The notes: generated by a model from the letters alone, not told the origin. A stretch of 64,000 nt of DNA from an uncultured Candidatus Saccharibacteria bacterium (GCA_964474375.1 CAYYSG010000001.1:84196-148195); one strand, 5' to 3'. Positions 29,007-38,463 are shown, numbered from the stretch's first letter. A program made the numbers and translations.

Positions 29007-29139
29007 GAAGCCAGTTCAAAGGAAATAATATGCTTCCCTAAGCAAAAGGTCCCCCGAACATTTAGGAGAAACATGCCAACATCGGCAGTTTTTCTCTATG
29101 TATTTCCGAAATATCGGAATTTATAAGATAAAGAAAACT

Positions 29140-29490
29140 ATGACAAGATCACTCAAAAAAGGTCCATTCGTTGACGAGCGTCTTTTAAAAAAGATAGCTG
29201 GTAAAAAACCTCTAGAAACAGGGGTTATTAAGACGTGGTCACGCGCATGTGTTATAGCACCGGAAATGGTAGGTTTTGCCTTTGGTGTACACAATGGGCG
29301 TCATCACATAGAAGTTCTTGTGACGGAAGATATGGTCGGTCACCGTCTTGGAGAATTCTCTCCAACTCGCAAGTTCGTTGTTCACGGAGGTAAGATGCAA
29401 AAAGAAATTGAAGCTAAGAAAAAACAAGCTGAAATTGACGCTGCTAAATCAGCCAAAGCTCAAACCACCGCGGCACCTAAGAAGAAATAG
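29140..29490 (+). CDS. rpsS: 30S ribosomal protein S19 with Lys/Ala-rich C-terminal extension
   Basis: Start set at [18 protein letters not shown] (ORF track start 29098 adds a non-conserved 14 aa); [13 protein letters not shown]. Confidence 0.85.
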   Translation: MTRSLKKGPFVDERLLKKIAGKKPLETGVIKTWSRACVIAPEMVGFAFGVHNGRHHIEVLVTEDMVGHRLGEFSPTRKFVVHGGKMQKEIEAKKKQAEIDAAKSAKAQTTAAPKKK

Positions 29491-29493
29491 TAT

Positions 29494-29868
29494 ATGAAAG
29501 CAAAACTATCTAACTATCGTCAAAGTCCAAGAAAAGTTCGTCTAGTAACAGACCTTATCAAAGGTAAAAAAGTTGCAGATGCTCTTATTCAGTTACAATT
29601 TTTACCAAAGCGCGCATCTTTACCAGTTGAAAAACTTGTTAAAAGTGCTGTTGCTAATGCTGAGTCCAAAGGTATGAGTACTGAAAATTTGATGATTAGT
29701 AATATCGAAGTTAACGAGGGTGTTGTATTAAAACGTATAATGCCACGAGCACAAGGCTCTGCATCACGTATCAACAAGCGTAATAGTCATATTACTGTGA
29801 CTCTTAGCGAGGTCGAAATAAAACCTAAAAAAGCAGTTGCTAAAAAGGCAAAAGCTGTAAAGAAATAA
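29494..29868 (+). CDS. rplV: 50S ribosomal protein L22
   Basis: MKAKLSNYRQSPRKVRLVTDLIKGKKVADALIQLQF. Confidence 0.85.
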   Translation: MKAKLSNYRQSPRKVRLVTDLIKGKKVADALIQLQFLPKRASLPVEKLVKSAVANAESKGMSTENLMISNIEVNEGVVLKRIMPRAQGSASRINKRNSHITVTLSEVEIKPKKAVAKKAKAVKK

Positions 29869-29871
29869 TTT

Positions 29872-30549
29872 ATGTCTAAAACAGTTCATCCATATGCACA
29901 TCGTCTAGTTGTGCTCCGTGACTGGAAAAGTCGCTGGTTCGCCGACAAGAAGCAGTATAAAGACCTACTAAAAGGTGATGCTCTTCTTCGTGCTTACCTA
30001 GCTAAAAAATTACGTGGTTCATACATCGGTGGTGTTGATATAGAACGTGGCCAAAAAGGCATGCGTGTTATCATCAAAACATCTCGCCCAGGTATGATCA
30101 TCGGTAGGTCAGGTGAAGGCGCTACAAAGCTTCGCCAAAACATACTAACGTATATGAAACGAACAGGAATAACTCCAAAAGAAGAAATCCGTATCGATAT
30201 TCAAGAAATTCCAAACCCAGATGCAGATGCTGCAATTGTGGCTTATAGTATTGCTGAAGCAATCGAACGCCGTATGCCATTCCGTCGTATCATGAAGTCA
30301 ACCATTGAAAAAGTTATGGCAGTTCGTGGCGTCAAAGGTGTACGTATATTCCTAGGAGGACGTCTTGGCGGTGCAGAAATTGCCCGTACCGAGCAAATGA
30401 AAAAGGGAAGCATTCCTCTCCAAACTTTCCGTGCTGATGTTGATTTCGCACGTGAAAAAGCTCATATGACTTATGGAGACATCGGTATAAAGGTCTGGAT
30501 TTACAAGGGTGAAGTTTTCGAAAAGAAAGCTGAAGCTGTAAAAAAATAA
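29872..30549 (+). CDS. rpsC: 30S ribosomal protein S3
   Basis: KH-domain region GVDIERGQKGMRVIIKTSRPGMIIGRSGEG; order after rplV. Confidence 0.9.
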   Translation: MSKTVHPYAHRLVVLRDWKSRWFADKKQYKDLLKGDALLRAYLAKKLRGSYIGGVDIERGQKGMRVIIKTSRPGMIIGRSGEGATKLRQNILTYMKRTGITPKEEIRIDIQEIPNPDADAAIVAYSIAEAIERRMPFRRIMKSTIEKVMAVRGVKGVRIFLGGRLGGAEIARTEQMKKGSIPLQTFRADVDFAREKAHMTYGDIGIKVWIYKGEVFEKKAEAVKK

Positions 30550-30559
30550 GATTGAATAT

Positions 30560-30982
30560 ATGTTAGCTCCAAAAAAAGTAAAACACAGAAAATGGCAAAC
30601 AGGCCGTAAGAATCTAGTTGGCAAGGTAGACATTCGTGGCTCCAAATTGTCATTCGGTTCATTCGGACTAAAAGCTACAACTAATGCACGCGTTACATCA
30701 AACCAAATCGAAGCTGCTCGTAAAGCATGTCAACGTGAATTAACCAAGCTTGGCCGTGTATGGATTCGTATTTTCCCGGATAGACCAGTAACTCAAAAAG
30801 CTGCAAACGTAGGTATGGGTAAAGGAAAAGGAGATCTTGACCACTACTCATTCGAAGTATTACCAGGACGTATTATCTTCGAGGTCGACGGAGTACCGGA
30901 AGCCAAAGCTCGCGAAGCTCTTCGCAAAGCTGGCACAAAGCTTCCGATAAAAACTCGTATTGTTAGTCGTGAACTTGAATAA
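30560..30982 (+). CDS. rplP: 50S ribosomal protein L16
   Basis: MLAPKKVKHRKWQTGR...; RIFPDRPVTQKAANVGMGKGKG. Confidence 0.9.
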   Translation: MLAPKKVKHRKWQTGRKNLVGKVDIRGSKLSFGSFGLKATTNARVTSNQIEAARKACQRELTKLGRVWIRIFPDRPVTQKAANVGMGKGKGDLDHYSFEVLPGRIIFEVDGVPEAKAREALRKAGTKLPIKTRIVSRELE

Positions 30983-30985
30983 TAT

Positions 30986-31177
30986 ATGAAAAAGAAAATA
31001 GATTTTAAAACTTCATCAGTTGAAGACTTGAAAAAGATGGTTACTGATAATGAAAAAGACATTCGTACTATTAAATTCAGTTTGCAAGGCGTAACAAACA
31101 AGAATACAAAAGCTGTACGTGACGCAAAGAAACAAATTGCTCGCGCAAAAACAGCTCTAAGAGCACAGCTCGGATAA
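30986..31177 (+). CDS. rpmC: 50S ribosomal protein L29
   Basis: 63 aa; DLKKMVTDNEKDIRTIKFSLQ; position. Confidence 0.8.
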   Translation: MKKKIDFKTSSVEDLKKMVTDNEKDIRTIKFSLQGVTNKNTKAVRDAKKQIARAKTALRAQLG

Positions 31178-31184
31178 AACGCAT

Positions 31185-31424
31185 ATGGAAAAAACAAACA
31201 AACAAAAACAAATGAAAGGCGTAGTAACTTCAAACAAAATGCAAAATACTGTAGTGGTCGCTGTATCTTCATACAAGAAACACGAAAAGTATCACAAGTT
31301 TGAAAAAGTTGTTCGCAAATTCAAGGCTCATGATGCTACAGGCCAATTACAAATTGGGGACAATGTAGTAATCGAAGAAACTCGTCCAATTTCCAAAAGT
31401 ACACACTTTATAGTGGTAAAATAA
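31185..31424 (+). CDS. rpsQ: 30S ribosomal protein S17
   Basis: KGVVTSNKMQNTVVVAVSSYKKHEKYHKFEKVVRKFKAHD. Confidence 0.85.
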   Translation: MEKTNKQKQMKGVVTSNKMQNTVVVAVSSYKKHEKYHKFEKVVRKFKAHDATGQLQIGDNVVIEETRPISKSTHFIVVK

Positions 31425-31431
31425 TAATCAT

Positions 31432-31803
31432 ATGATACAAGTAGAAACAGTCGTAAAAATCACAGACAACGCCGGCGGTAAAGTTGGTAAAGTTTTCAAG
31501 GTGCTTGGTTCATCCAAGCGTCGCTACGCTCGTATCGGAGATAAAGTTATTATCTCTGTGAAAATCGCAGAACCACGTAAAGCCATCAAGAAAAAGGATG
31601 TTTGTGAAGCAGTAGTAGTTCGTCAAACTCAAGCATTTCGTCGTCGTGACGGTTCATACATCAGATTTGATGACAATGCAGTAGTTATCCTTGAAAAAGG
31701 TAAACAAGAACCAAAAGCAGGTCGTGTGTTCGGTCCAATTCCTCGTGAATTAGCTGAACTCGGTTATCAGAAAATAATTTCCCTCGCACCAGAGGTACTC
31801 TAA
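31432..31803 (+). CDS. rplN: 50S ribosomal protein L14
   Basis: MIQVETVVKITDNAGGKV... Confidence 0.9.
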   Translation: MIQVETVVKITDNAGGKVGKVFKVLGSSKRRYARIGDKVIISVKIAEPRKAIKKKDVCEAVVVRQTQAFRRRDGSYIRFDDNAVVILEKGKQEPKAGRVFGPIPRELAELGYQKIISLAPEVL

Positions 31804-31804
31804 T

Positions 31805-32110
31805 ATGCACGTAAAAAAAGGAGATACAGTTATAGTTATAACTGGTAAAGACAAAGGCAAAAAGGGTAAAATCCTGCTTGCAAGCCCAAAAACAAATACT
31901 ATTGTAGTAGAAGGTGTTGCAATGCGTAAAAAGCATATCAAACCTAAAACTCGTGGCGCTGTAGGTGAAATAATTTCACGTGAAGGCCGTATCAATGCTT
32001 CAAATGTACAACTTGTTGATCCAAAAACAGGTAAAGGTACTCGCACTGGTAGCAAAGTAGTTGGTGACAAAAAAGTTCGTATTGCTAAAAAAAGCGGACA
32101 AGAAATATAA
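31805..32110 (+). CDS. rplX: 50S ribosomal protein L24
   Basis: MHVKKGDTVIVITGKDKGKKGKIL (KOW motif). Confidence 0.85.
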   Translation: MHVKKGDTVIVITGKDKGKKGKILLASPKTNTIVVEGVAMRKKHIKPKTRGAVGEIISREGRINASNVQLVDPKTGKGTRTGSKVVGDKKVRIAKKSGQEI

Positions 32111-32176
32111 AAGTTTAATAGTAGGTGCCTTGATTTTTGTTAAAACATTCAAGACCGCCGAAGTAATATACAAATT

Positions 32177-32719
32177 ATGAATTCTGTAAAAGATAAAGTA
32201 AAAAGTGCATACACAGCAATGAAGGATGAATTCGGATACAAGAATCCTCTTCAGGGTGCACGTCTTACAAAAGTATCAATTTCTGTTGGTACTGGTACAA
32301 AAATGAAAAAAGATATCAAGCACAATGAATTTGTGCTGGATCGTCTAGCAAAAATTACTGGTCAAAAAGGCTCACTCCGTGGTGCTAAAAAATCTGTTGC
32401 GAGTTTCAAAATCCGCCAAGGTGACCCAGTAGGAGTACTAGTAACACTAAGAGGTGATAACATGTACTCATTCCTCGACAAACTGTTCAATGTAGCTATT
32501 CCTCGTACGAAAGACTTTCGTGGAATAGAACGCAGAATAGTTGATAGTATGGGTAATGCTACTATGGCTATAAAAGAACATACAATTTTCCCAGAAACAA
32601 ACGACGAAGAATTGAAAGATGTTTTCGGTTTCGCTTTGACAATCGGTACTACAGCTAAGAGTAAAGAAGAAGCAACTCGTTTCTTGGAACTCCTAGGTAT
32701 GCCATTTAAAAAAGCTTAA
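32177..32719 (+). CDS. rplE: 50S ribosomal protein L5
   Basis: ARLTKVSISVGTGTKM...LRGAKKSVASFKIRQGDPVGVLVTLRGDNMYSFLDKL. Confidence 0.9.
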   Translation: MNSVKDKVKSAYTAMKDEFGYKNPLQGARLTKVSISVGTGTKMKKDIKHNEFVLDRLAKITGQKGSLRGAKKSVASFKIRQGDPVGVLVTLRGDNMYSFLDKLFNVAIPRTKDFRGIERRIVDSMGNATMAIKEHTIFPETNDEELKDVFGFALTIGTTAKSKEEATRFLELLGMPFKKA

Positions 32720-32732
32720 TATTTTTATATAC

Positions 32733-32769
32733 AAAACCCCATAATCATAATGATTATGGGGTTTTGTAT
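32733..32769 (+). terminator. Intrinsic terminator after rplE (ends first r-protein transcription unit)
   Basis: aaaacccc-ataatcataatgattat-ggggtttt. Confidence 0.65.
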
Positions 32770-32788
32770 TAGGTGTTATACTGGGTAA

Positions 32789-33886
32789 ATGAGGTATTTT
32801 ATATTTGTTTTTATTTTTTTATTTAGTACGGTTGGGTTTTTTAGTTATACCAAATCAGCAGAAGTCAGTATATACGACAAAGCCGAACAAATGATCATTA
32901 TGGGCTTTCGGGGTAGTACCGCGAATAACTCGGATGTGGGCGCTATTTTGAATAACATGAATCTGGGTGGGGTTATATTGTTCGACTACGATACTCCGAC
33001 CAAGTCTTATAATAGAAATATCCTAAACCCGAAAGATTTGAAATCATTCGTTCTTTATATTAAACAAAATTCCAAAACCAAACCATTTGTATTAGTTGAT
33101 GAAGAAGGTGGTATGGTTAGCCGTCTTAAGAATTCGGCTTTTATGGGGGCTACTGGTTCCGCGTATAGTTTGTCCACTATGAATGATACTCGTACCCGGA
33201 CTATATTTAATTGGCGTACAAATATAATAAAATCATTTGGTTTCAATATGAATGCAGCTCCGGTGTTGGATTTGTGTTACAAGAATTCAGTCATGCTTAA
33301 ACACAGTCGCTGTTTCGGGTTTGATCCGTATACAGTTATTCGCAAAGCTAATCAGTTTTCGGACTCATTGTCAGCTAATAACATATTGCCGATTTACAAA
33401 CATTATCCTGGCATAGGTAACAGTGTTCCTGATACCCATAAACAAACCGTTGACATAACAGGTCTGCATTCACCCAAAGACCTGATACCTTTTAGGAATT
33501 TTTGTAGGTACGATATGTATCCGGCTGTCATGATGTCACACGTAATAGACAGGAATGTCGATAGCATGGAAGCTTCTCTTTCCACTAAGCACATTCAGAG
33601 CCTAAAGTCATTGGGCTGCGATACTGTGCTAATAATCAGCGATGATATGGATATGTTGTCTATTTCGGACAAATACAGTTTAAGAGAAGTATTAAAATCA
33701 GGTATTAATTCTGGACTAAATATGTTCATCTTTTCGAACAATATTTCCCAGTATAACGAAAACAAATATCTAGAAATAAAGAATACCTTAAAAGACCTGA
33801 TTGACTCCGGGGAAGTATCCAAGGAAAAAATAGAAGAATCTTACAATACAATAATCAAATACAAACAAGCGTATAAAGTATTGTAA
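32789..33886 (+). CDS. Glycoside hydrolase family 3 N-terminal-domain protein, beta-N-acetylhexosaminidase (NagZ)-like, with N-terminal signal/anchor
   Basis: GH3 motifs: VLVDEEGGMVSRL, NMNAAPVLDL, SRCFGFDP, KHYPGIGNSVPDTH. Confidence 0.6.
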   Translation: MRYFIFVFIFLFSTVGFFSYTKSAEVSIYDKAEQMIIMGFRGSTANNSDVGAILNNMNLGGVILFDYDTPTKSYNRNILNPKDLKSFVLYIKQNSKTKPFVLVDEEGGMVSRLKNSAFMGATGSAYSLSTMNDTRTRTIFNWRTNIIKSFGFNMNAAPVLDLCYKNSVMLKHSRCFGFDPYTVIRKANQFSDSLSANNILPIYKHYPGIGNSVPDTHKQTVDITGLHSPKDLIPFRNFCRYDMYPAVMMSHVIDRNVDSMEASLSTKHIQSLKSLGCDTVLIISDDMDMLSISDKYSLREVLKSGINSGLNMFIFSNNISQYNENKYLEIKNTLKDLIDSGEVSKEKIEESYNTIIKYKQAYKVL

Positions 33887-33947
33887 ACGCTGTTGTTTGA
33901 CAAAATTTATACAGAGAGTAGTATTTATATAAATTCAACATCAGCCT

Positions 33948-34274
33948 ATGAGTACAGAATCTACTACCGCAAACGATGCGTCTAACGAAGAAAAAAACAG
34001 ATATTTTTTAAAAAGTCATGAAGCCGACAGTCTGTCCTCGAGGATTTATCATTTTTTACAAATTAAAACTAAAAGTGAAGTTATTGTTTTAAAAAGAGAG
34101 TCGTCTAAAAAGGGTGGTTTTTACCGGCTTTCAGTTTCAATTTTGCCTATTCCGGAGAGACCAGAGCAAGAAAGAATTTTTAACTTTTTAGATGAATTTG
34201 TTAAACAAATTGATTCTAGTTTTTGTATTGAACAGACCAAGAATTTAACCATTCTTTACTTAGACCGTATCTAA
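33948..34274 (+). CDS. Hypothetical soluble protein (108 aa)
   Basis: ORF with ATG start, followed by strong terminator; no recognised family. Confidence 0.4.
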   Translation: MSTESTTANDASNEEKNRYFLKSHEADSLSSRIYHFLQIKTKSEVIVLKRESSKKGGFYRLSVSILPIPERPEQERIFNFLDEFVKQIDSSFCIEQTKNLTILYLDRI

Positions 34275-34276
34275 GC

Positions 34277-34316
34277 TAGCTCCTACTGTTTGTCTATAAA
34301 CAGTAGGAGCTTTTTG
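34277..34316 (+). terminator. Intrinsic terminator (13-bp stem)
   Basis: gctcctactgttt-gtctat-aaacagtaggagcttttt. Confidence 0.7.
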
Positions 34317-34363
34317 TTGACTATTTTTTTACAAATGCTAGGCTATAGAGAAATTTAAACACT

Positions 34364-34807
34364 ATGCTTACTAAAATAATTTTGGGAATTATTTTAGTAA
34401 TAGTTTCCATATGCGCACTCAGGCTTTTAAAGATTTTGTTTTATTTAATTAAATACAAAATAGCCGAAGACAGACTTTTTAAATACTACGCATCCAGGGA
34501 ATTCTTAGACGAAGAGCGTAAGATAATGGATACAATAGATCATAAAATAAAAGTGGCTTTAAATAGGTCAGACAAAATAACTCTAGACGAAAGACTGTTA
34601 TTAACCACCAAAGGTAAAAAACTAATGGGCAAATGGACCAAGGCTGAAATAGAAAAACTAATGGCATACCAGTCTAAAGATAACCGTACTGAATTACTCA
34701 AAAGATTGCCTAGTATTGAAAATAAAAAGTTAGCCAATAGGGTGCTAATCTTTATTTCTAATAGGACTTTGTTATCAAGAATAATCTGGTATTTATCTAA
34801 TAAATAA
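34364..34807 (+). CDS. Hypothetical N-terminally anchored protein (147 aa)
   Basis: TM IILGIILVIVSICALRLLKILFYLI; Lys-rich remainder. Confidence 0.4.
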   Translation: MLTKIILGIILVIVSICALRLLKILFYLIKYKIAEDRLFKYYASREFLDEERKIMDTIDHKIKVALNRSDKITLDERLLLTTKGKKLMGKWTKAEIEKLMAYQSKDNRTELLKRLPSIENKKLANRVLIFISNRTLLSRIIWYLSNK

Positions 34808-34837
34808 TTCAACCTAAATAATACTCTTTAATATTAG

Positions 34838-34927
34838 CGCGCTTTGGGCAACCAAAGCGTGTTTTTCATTATATTGACAAAAACATTAATTGAGTGTAAA
34901 GTTATAAAAAATTAAATTCAAAATATC
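34838..34927 (+). repeat. Module A: GNRA-hairpin terminator + TTGACA-17-TAAAGT promoter + SD-less 5'UTR (first copy of ~93-bp repeat)
   Basis: cgcgctttgg-gcaa-ccaaagcgtg+TTTTT; TTGACA 34874-34879; TAAAGT 34897-34902; about 90% identical to 35930-36020. Confidence 0.6.
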
Positions 34928-35461
34928 ATGAAAAAAATTGCAGAACAATTAGGAATCGCTGTTTGGGCAGCATGGATGTGGTTATTATTAATCCTCATTT
35001 TAATCTCAGGTTTAATAATAAGGGCTGCTTTTGTAACCTTTGTTGACAATCATGAGATAGGTTATCAGTACGATCAGATAACAGGGGAAGTAAAAGTCTT
35101 AGACCGCACTGGTTATTTTTGGGTAATACCATTTAAGACAGTTATTCATACTATTGATGGTAGGCCAATGCAGGTTAGAATTGAAGCTAATAACCGTGTT
35201 TTAAATGCAAAACTATTACGTTTTCGCAGAAACAGTGAAGGGGTAGCTCAGTTTATTCAAATGCATGGCCGTAAAGACTATGATGATACGAACTTACCGG
35301 ATATTCTTAAAAGCTATGCTTATGAGAATTATGGAGAGAATTCATATGACAAAGAATATCTTGAGAGAAAGTATAAATTTCTTGAAATCCTGTCATATGG
35401 AACAAATTCAACAGGAGGCGTTATTTTGGAAGAAGTTCAAGATTCATTAAATTCTAAATAA
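34928..35461 (+). CDS. Hypothetical membrane-anchored protein with SPFH/band-7-like N-terminal segment (paralog A, 177 aa)
   Basis: TM then FVTFVDNHEIGYQYDQITGEVKVLDRTGYFWVIPFKTVIHTIDGRPMQVRIEA resembling HflK/C N-region (G..F..PF..V...D.R). Confidence 0.45.
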   Translation: MKKIAEQLGIAVWAAWMWLLLILILISGLIIRAAFVTFVDNHEIGYQYDQITGEVKVLDRTGYFWVIPFKTVIHTIDGRPMQVRIEANNRVLNAKLLRFRRNSEGVAQFIQMHGRKDYDDTNLPDILKSYAYENYGENSYDKEYLERKYKFLEILSYGTNSTGGVILEEVQDSLNSK

Positions 35462-35896
35462 ATGAAAAAGAAACTACTGATACTTTTTGGAATACTCTCT
35501 TTGTTTTTTTATATGTTTTGTTATCATTATACTGACAACTACGAATTTGGCTTAACTCAAAACATAATTTCAGGAAGAATTGCTCCAGATAATCATTCCG
35601 GTCATCATTTAACTGCTCCTTGGGTTTTAGTAACTAAGATCGATATAAGACCACACAAGGTCTGCATAGCTTCTGCTAGTAGAAATATGGTTTGTAGGTT
35701 AGTTCAATTCGATACAACACATTGGAGAGAGTTAATAAGAATAGAAGGTTTTCATTATTATTGGCTTTACAACAGGATTTCTTTTAATTGGAGTCAAGAA
35801 ACATATCGTGGGGTAGACAATCTTTTGCTAGGTCACTCTTATGGTGCAAATAGAGGCAAGTTTGTAAAAATCTTACAAGAAGTTGGGGATGAATGA
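35462..35896 (+). CDS. Hypothetical membrane-anchored paralog B of previous gene (144 aa)
   Basis: YTDNYEFGLTQNIISGRIAPDNHSGHHLTAPWVLVTKIDIRPHKVCIASASRNMVCRLVQF aligns with paralog A; starts 1 nt after its stop. Confidence 0.45.
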   Translation: MKKKLLILFGILSLFFYMFCYHYTDNYEFGLTQNIISGRIAPDNHSGHHLTAPWVLVTKIDIRPHKVCIASASRNMVCRLVQFDTTHWRELIRIEGFHYYWLYNRISFNWSQETYRGVDNLLLGHSYGANRGKFVKILQEVGDE

Positions 35897-35929
35897 AATT
35901 TAAATCTAAAATATTTAACTAAATATCAG

Positions 35930-36020
35930 CACGCTTTGGGCAACCAGAGCGTGTTTTTTATTATATTGACAATATGTTTAATTAAGTGTAAAGTTATAAA
36001 AAATTTAAATTCAAAATATC
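35930..36020 (+). repeat. Module B: second copy of terminator-promoter-5'UTR repeat
   Basis: cacgctttgg-gcaa-ccagagcgtg (stem kept by G.U/compensatory changes) +TTTTTT; TTGACA 35966-35971; TAAAGT 35989-35994. Confidence 0.6.
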
Positions 36021-38414
36021 ATGGAAAAATTCAACAAAGATCAAATTTGGGAAGGCTATTTGGGCTATGAGTCCAAGCACCTTGAAAAAACTCTCAATTC
36101 TTTAGAAAAGGAATATGACGAGCAAAAGAAATTAGAAATGGCAAAAAGCTTGTGTTTCTGGAAATACATGCGTGACATGGATTTCGGCTATGAAGAAAAA
36201 ATCGAAATCTATAAAGCCTTGAAAGACAGCGTAAACCCTAACATTGCAATCATTTCAGCAGTAGAAGCATTGCCTACAAAAGTCTGGCGTAAATTACTGT
36301 GGAGAGAGAATATTGACTTTATGTCATTTGAATCTTTCCTGAGACGCTTATCGCCTGAGCAAAAAGATGTGATTATTAGTACAGCTAATGGTCTGCATTG
36401 CGAAGAGAAGCCAAAAGTTCCTAAATTTTTAACCAAAAGAATCTTTGATTTTATTTTGGTTTTACTAGGAATAATTACTGCTAAAAAATTAGTTAATGCA
36501 GGTTATTATTATGCAGTATCCAAGTATTTATCCAAGGGTGCCTGGGCGTTTAACCTGTTGGGTATTGATTTTGGCTTCTCTCTTTATCCAAATGGCGTAG
36601 GGGATGATACTAAAATCACTAACAAAAAATGGACACGATTCCTATCCATCAAAGAACATATTAATGATTTCATCGTAAATCAGGAAGATGGAATTTACTG
36701 GTGGATGTATTCAGGATCAAGAAGCTTTTTGATATTCAGATTCAAGAAAGAAGTTGAATTAAAAAGCCATGTATGTCCTGGTTTCTGGGCTACAATAATA
36801 TTCCAGATTTATTTTTGGATTGTTAGTCCTGTGGTTTCTTTCATTTTTATTTACCCTCATGGGTTTAGTAATTTGGAAAATGTTAGTATTGCTGTTATGC
36901 CATTCTTATATACACCATTGTATGTAGTTTTGTGGGCAGCAGCTCTTACTTTATTTGGTTTAGCTCTCGCGCTAGTTTTCATAGCTAAAAAGACTATCCC
37001 TGGTTTGAGTGAATGGCTTGATAAAATCGCGAAAAGTAAATGGTTTAAAGCTCTGGATAGATTTTTATCCAGGAATCTACGTCGTATGGTTATAACTGCG
37101 CTAATTTTTACTGCAGTTTATCTTGTGTATGTATTTTATCCATATATTAAGTTGGGCGTAGTCACGTACTATACTTTTATGGAAAAATATCTAAAATCAG
37201 GCATAATTCAGACAACACTTCTTATGATATGGCTTCCTATTGAGATAACCAAGTTAATTAAAGGCAATAAATCAAGTACAGAGTTTGGTGCTTTTCGTAC
37301 GTTAGTCTTAGGAATGTTTTTAATAAACCTTCTTGACTCATATGTTATGGAAAGTTTTGTAAAAATAGTTTACTCGTTGATACCAAGTATCCTAAATTTC
37401 TTCATTGATTATGCTTACATTTTCGGTACTGTACTCTTGATGGTGCTACCGCTCCTGTTAGTAGTTTACTTTAGTGTAACGAAGAGCTTTGAGCCCGAGA
37501 AATATTCTAAGTTTGATAAATTCATCAATTGGTTTGCTTATTTATGGATTGCTCTTATGGTTGCAGGTGGTATATATGTTTTTGGTTTTGCTGTTAAACA
37601 GTCTTTGGAATATGATTTCTTTGCTGAATCAAAGCCTTTGTTCATAATGCTAACCTTTTTTGCCTTAGTTGCAATATTAAGTATGCAAAAAAGAACAAAG
37701 AAGATAAATCAAAAAACCATCGATAATTTCCTCTTGTGTCAAAATAGAGTACTAAATACCTATTATCTCTTGCGTTTACACGAAGGCCAAATCTTTAAGC
37801 TTGAAGTTGATGGTAATTTGTACCGTAAAAATAAAGCTCTTATTAAAATGTCAGAACAGGCTTTCGAGCTTTTTCTGAAAACAATAGGGAGCCTAAAAGA
37901 TTTGTTCAACATCGAAAAAAGTTTTACATTTGCAGATACCGCTCTTTTAAATGTAAAAGAAGATGGAACTTTTAAGAATTCTTTCAAGAGTCTAAATCGC
38001 TCAATGTTTATAGGTATGGAAGACTATCAAAAAATCTACATATTATGTGGCATGATTGAAGGCAGACCTTTTTTGAAGCTTAAGAAGGAAGCAGAGGCGA
38101 TGTATGTTAAAAAACAAGAATCCAAAGCAAAAGTCAAAAAAACATTAACCAAGTTGGAAAAATTCTTATTGGTTTTGTGGAGAATCATTATTTTTATCCC
38201 ATTGAAGATCTGGGCTTTTGTAGTTCTCATTGGCAGATTTTTAAATTATTGCGGTAATCGTTTATTAGCATTCCTGAAATGGGTTTCTTATCCATTTGTG
38301 TGGGTAGGTGTCCGTATTGGAAGACTGGCTTTAACGCTGAAAGATCTTTGGGACTTGTTTAACAACAGGTGCCCGGAAGTCTCAAAAAGTAAAGATTTAG
38401 AGTACGATCTTTAA
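36021..38414 (+). CDS. Hypothetical large polytopic membrane protein (797 aa, more than 10 predicted TM helices)
   Basis: Long ORF with many hydrophobic helices (e.g. IFDFILVLLGIITA, FWATIIFQIYFWIVSPVVSFIFIY, LWAAALTLFGLALALVFIA); soluble N-terminal ~140 aa and a ~150-aa soluble insert. Confidence 0.55.
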   Translation: MEKFNKDQIWEGYLGYESKHLEKTLNSLEKEYDEQKKLEMAKSLCFWKYMRDMDFGYEEKIEIYKALKDSVNPNIAIISAVEALPTKVWRKLLWRENIDFMSFESFLRRLSPEQKDVIISTANGLHCEEKPKVPKFLTKRIFDFILVLLGIITAKKLVNAGYYYAVSKYLSKGAWAFNLLGIDFGFSLYPNGVGDDTKITNKKWTRFLSIKEHINDFIVNQEDGIYWWMYSGSRSFLIFRFKKEVELKSHVCPGFWATIIFQIYFWIVSPVVSFIFIYPHGFSNLENVSIAVMPFLYTPLYVVLWAAALTLFGLALALVFIAKKTIPGLSEWLDKIAKSKWFKALDRFLSRNLRRMVITALIFTAVYLVYVFYPYIKLGVVTYYTFMEKYLKSGIIQTTLLMIWLPIEITKLIKGNKSSTEFGAFRTLVLGMFLINLLDSYVMESFVKIVYSLIPSILNFFIDYAYIFGTVLLMVLPLLLVVYFSVTKSFEPEKYSKFDKFINWFAYLWIALMVAGGIYVFGFAVKQSLEYDFFAESKPLFIMLTFFALVAILSMQKRTKKINQKTIDNFLLCQNRVLNTYYLLRLHEGQIFKLEVDGNLYRKNKALIKMSEQAFELFLKTIGSLKDLFNIEKSFTFADTALLNVKEDGTFKNSFKSLNRSMFIGMEDYQKIYILCGMIEGRPFLKLKKEAEAMYVKKQESKAKVKKTLTKLEKFLLVLWRIIIFIPLKIWAFVVLIGRFLNYCGNRLLAFLKWVSYPFVWVGVRIGRLALTLKDLWDLFNNRCPEVSKSKDLEYDL

Positions 38415-38430
38415 TTAAATTCTTTATATC

Positions 38431-38463
38431 AAGCCCCCCCCTTGCAAGGGGGGCTTTTTTTTG
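38431..38463 (+). terminator. Intrinsic terminator
   Basis: aagcccccc-cttgcaa-ggggggctttttttt. Confidence 0.7.
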
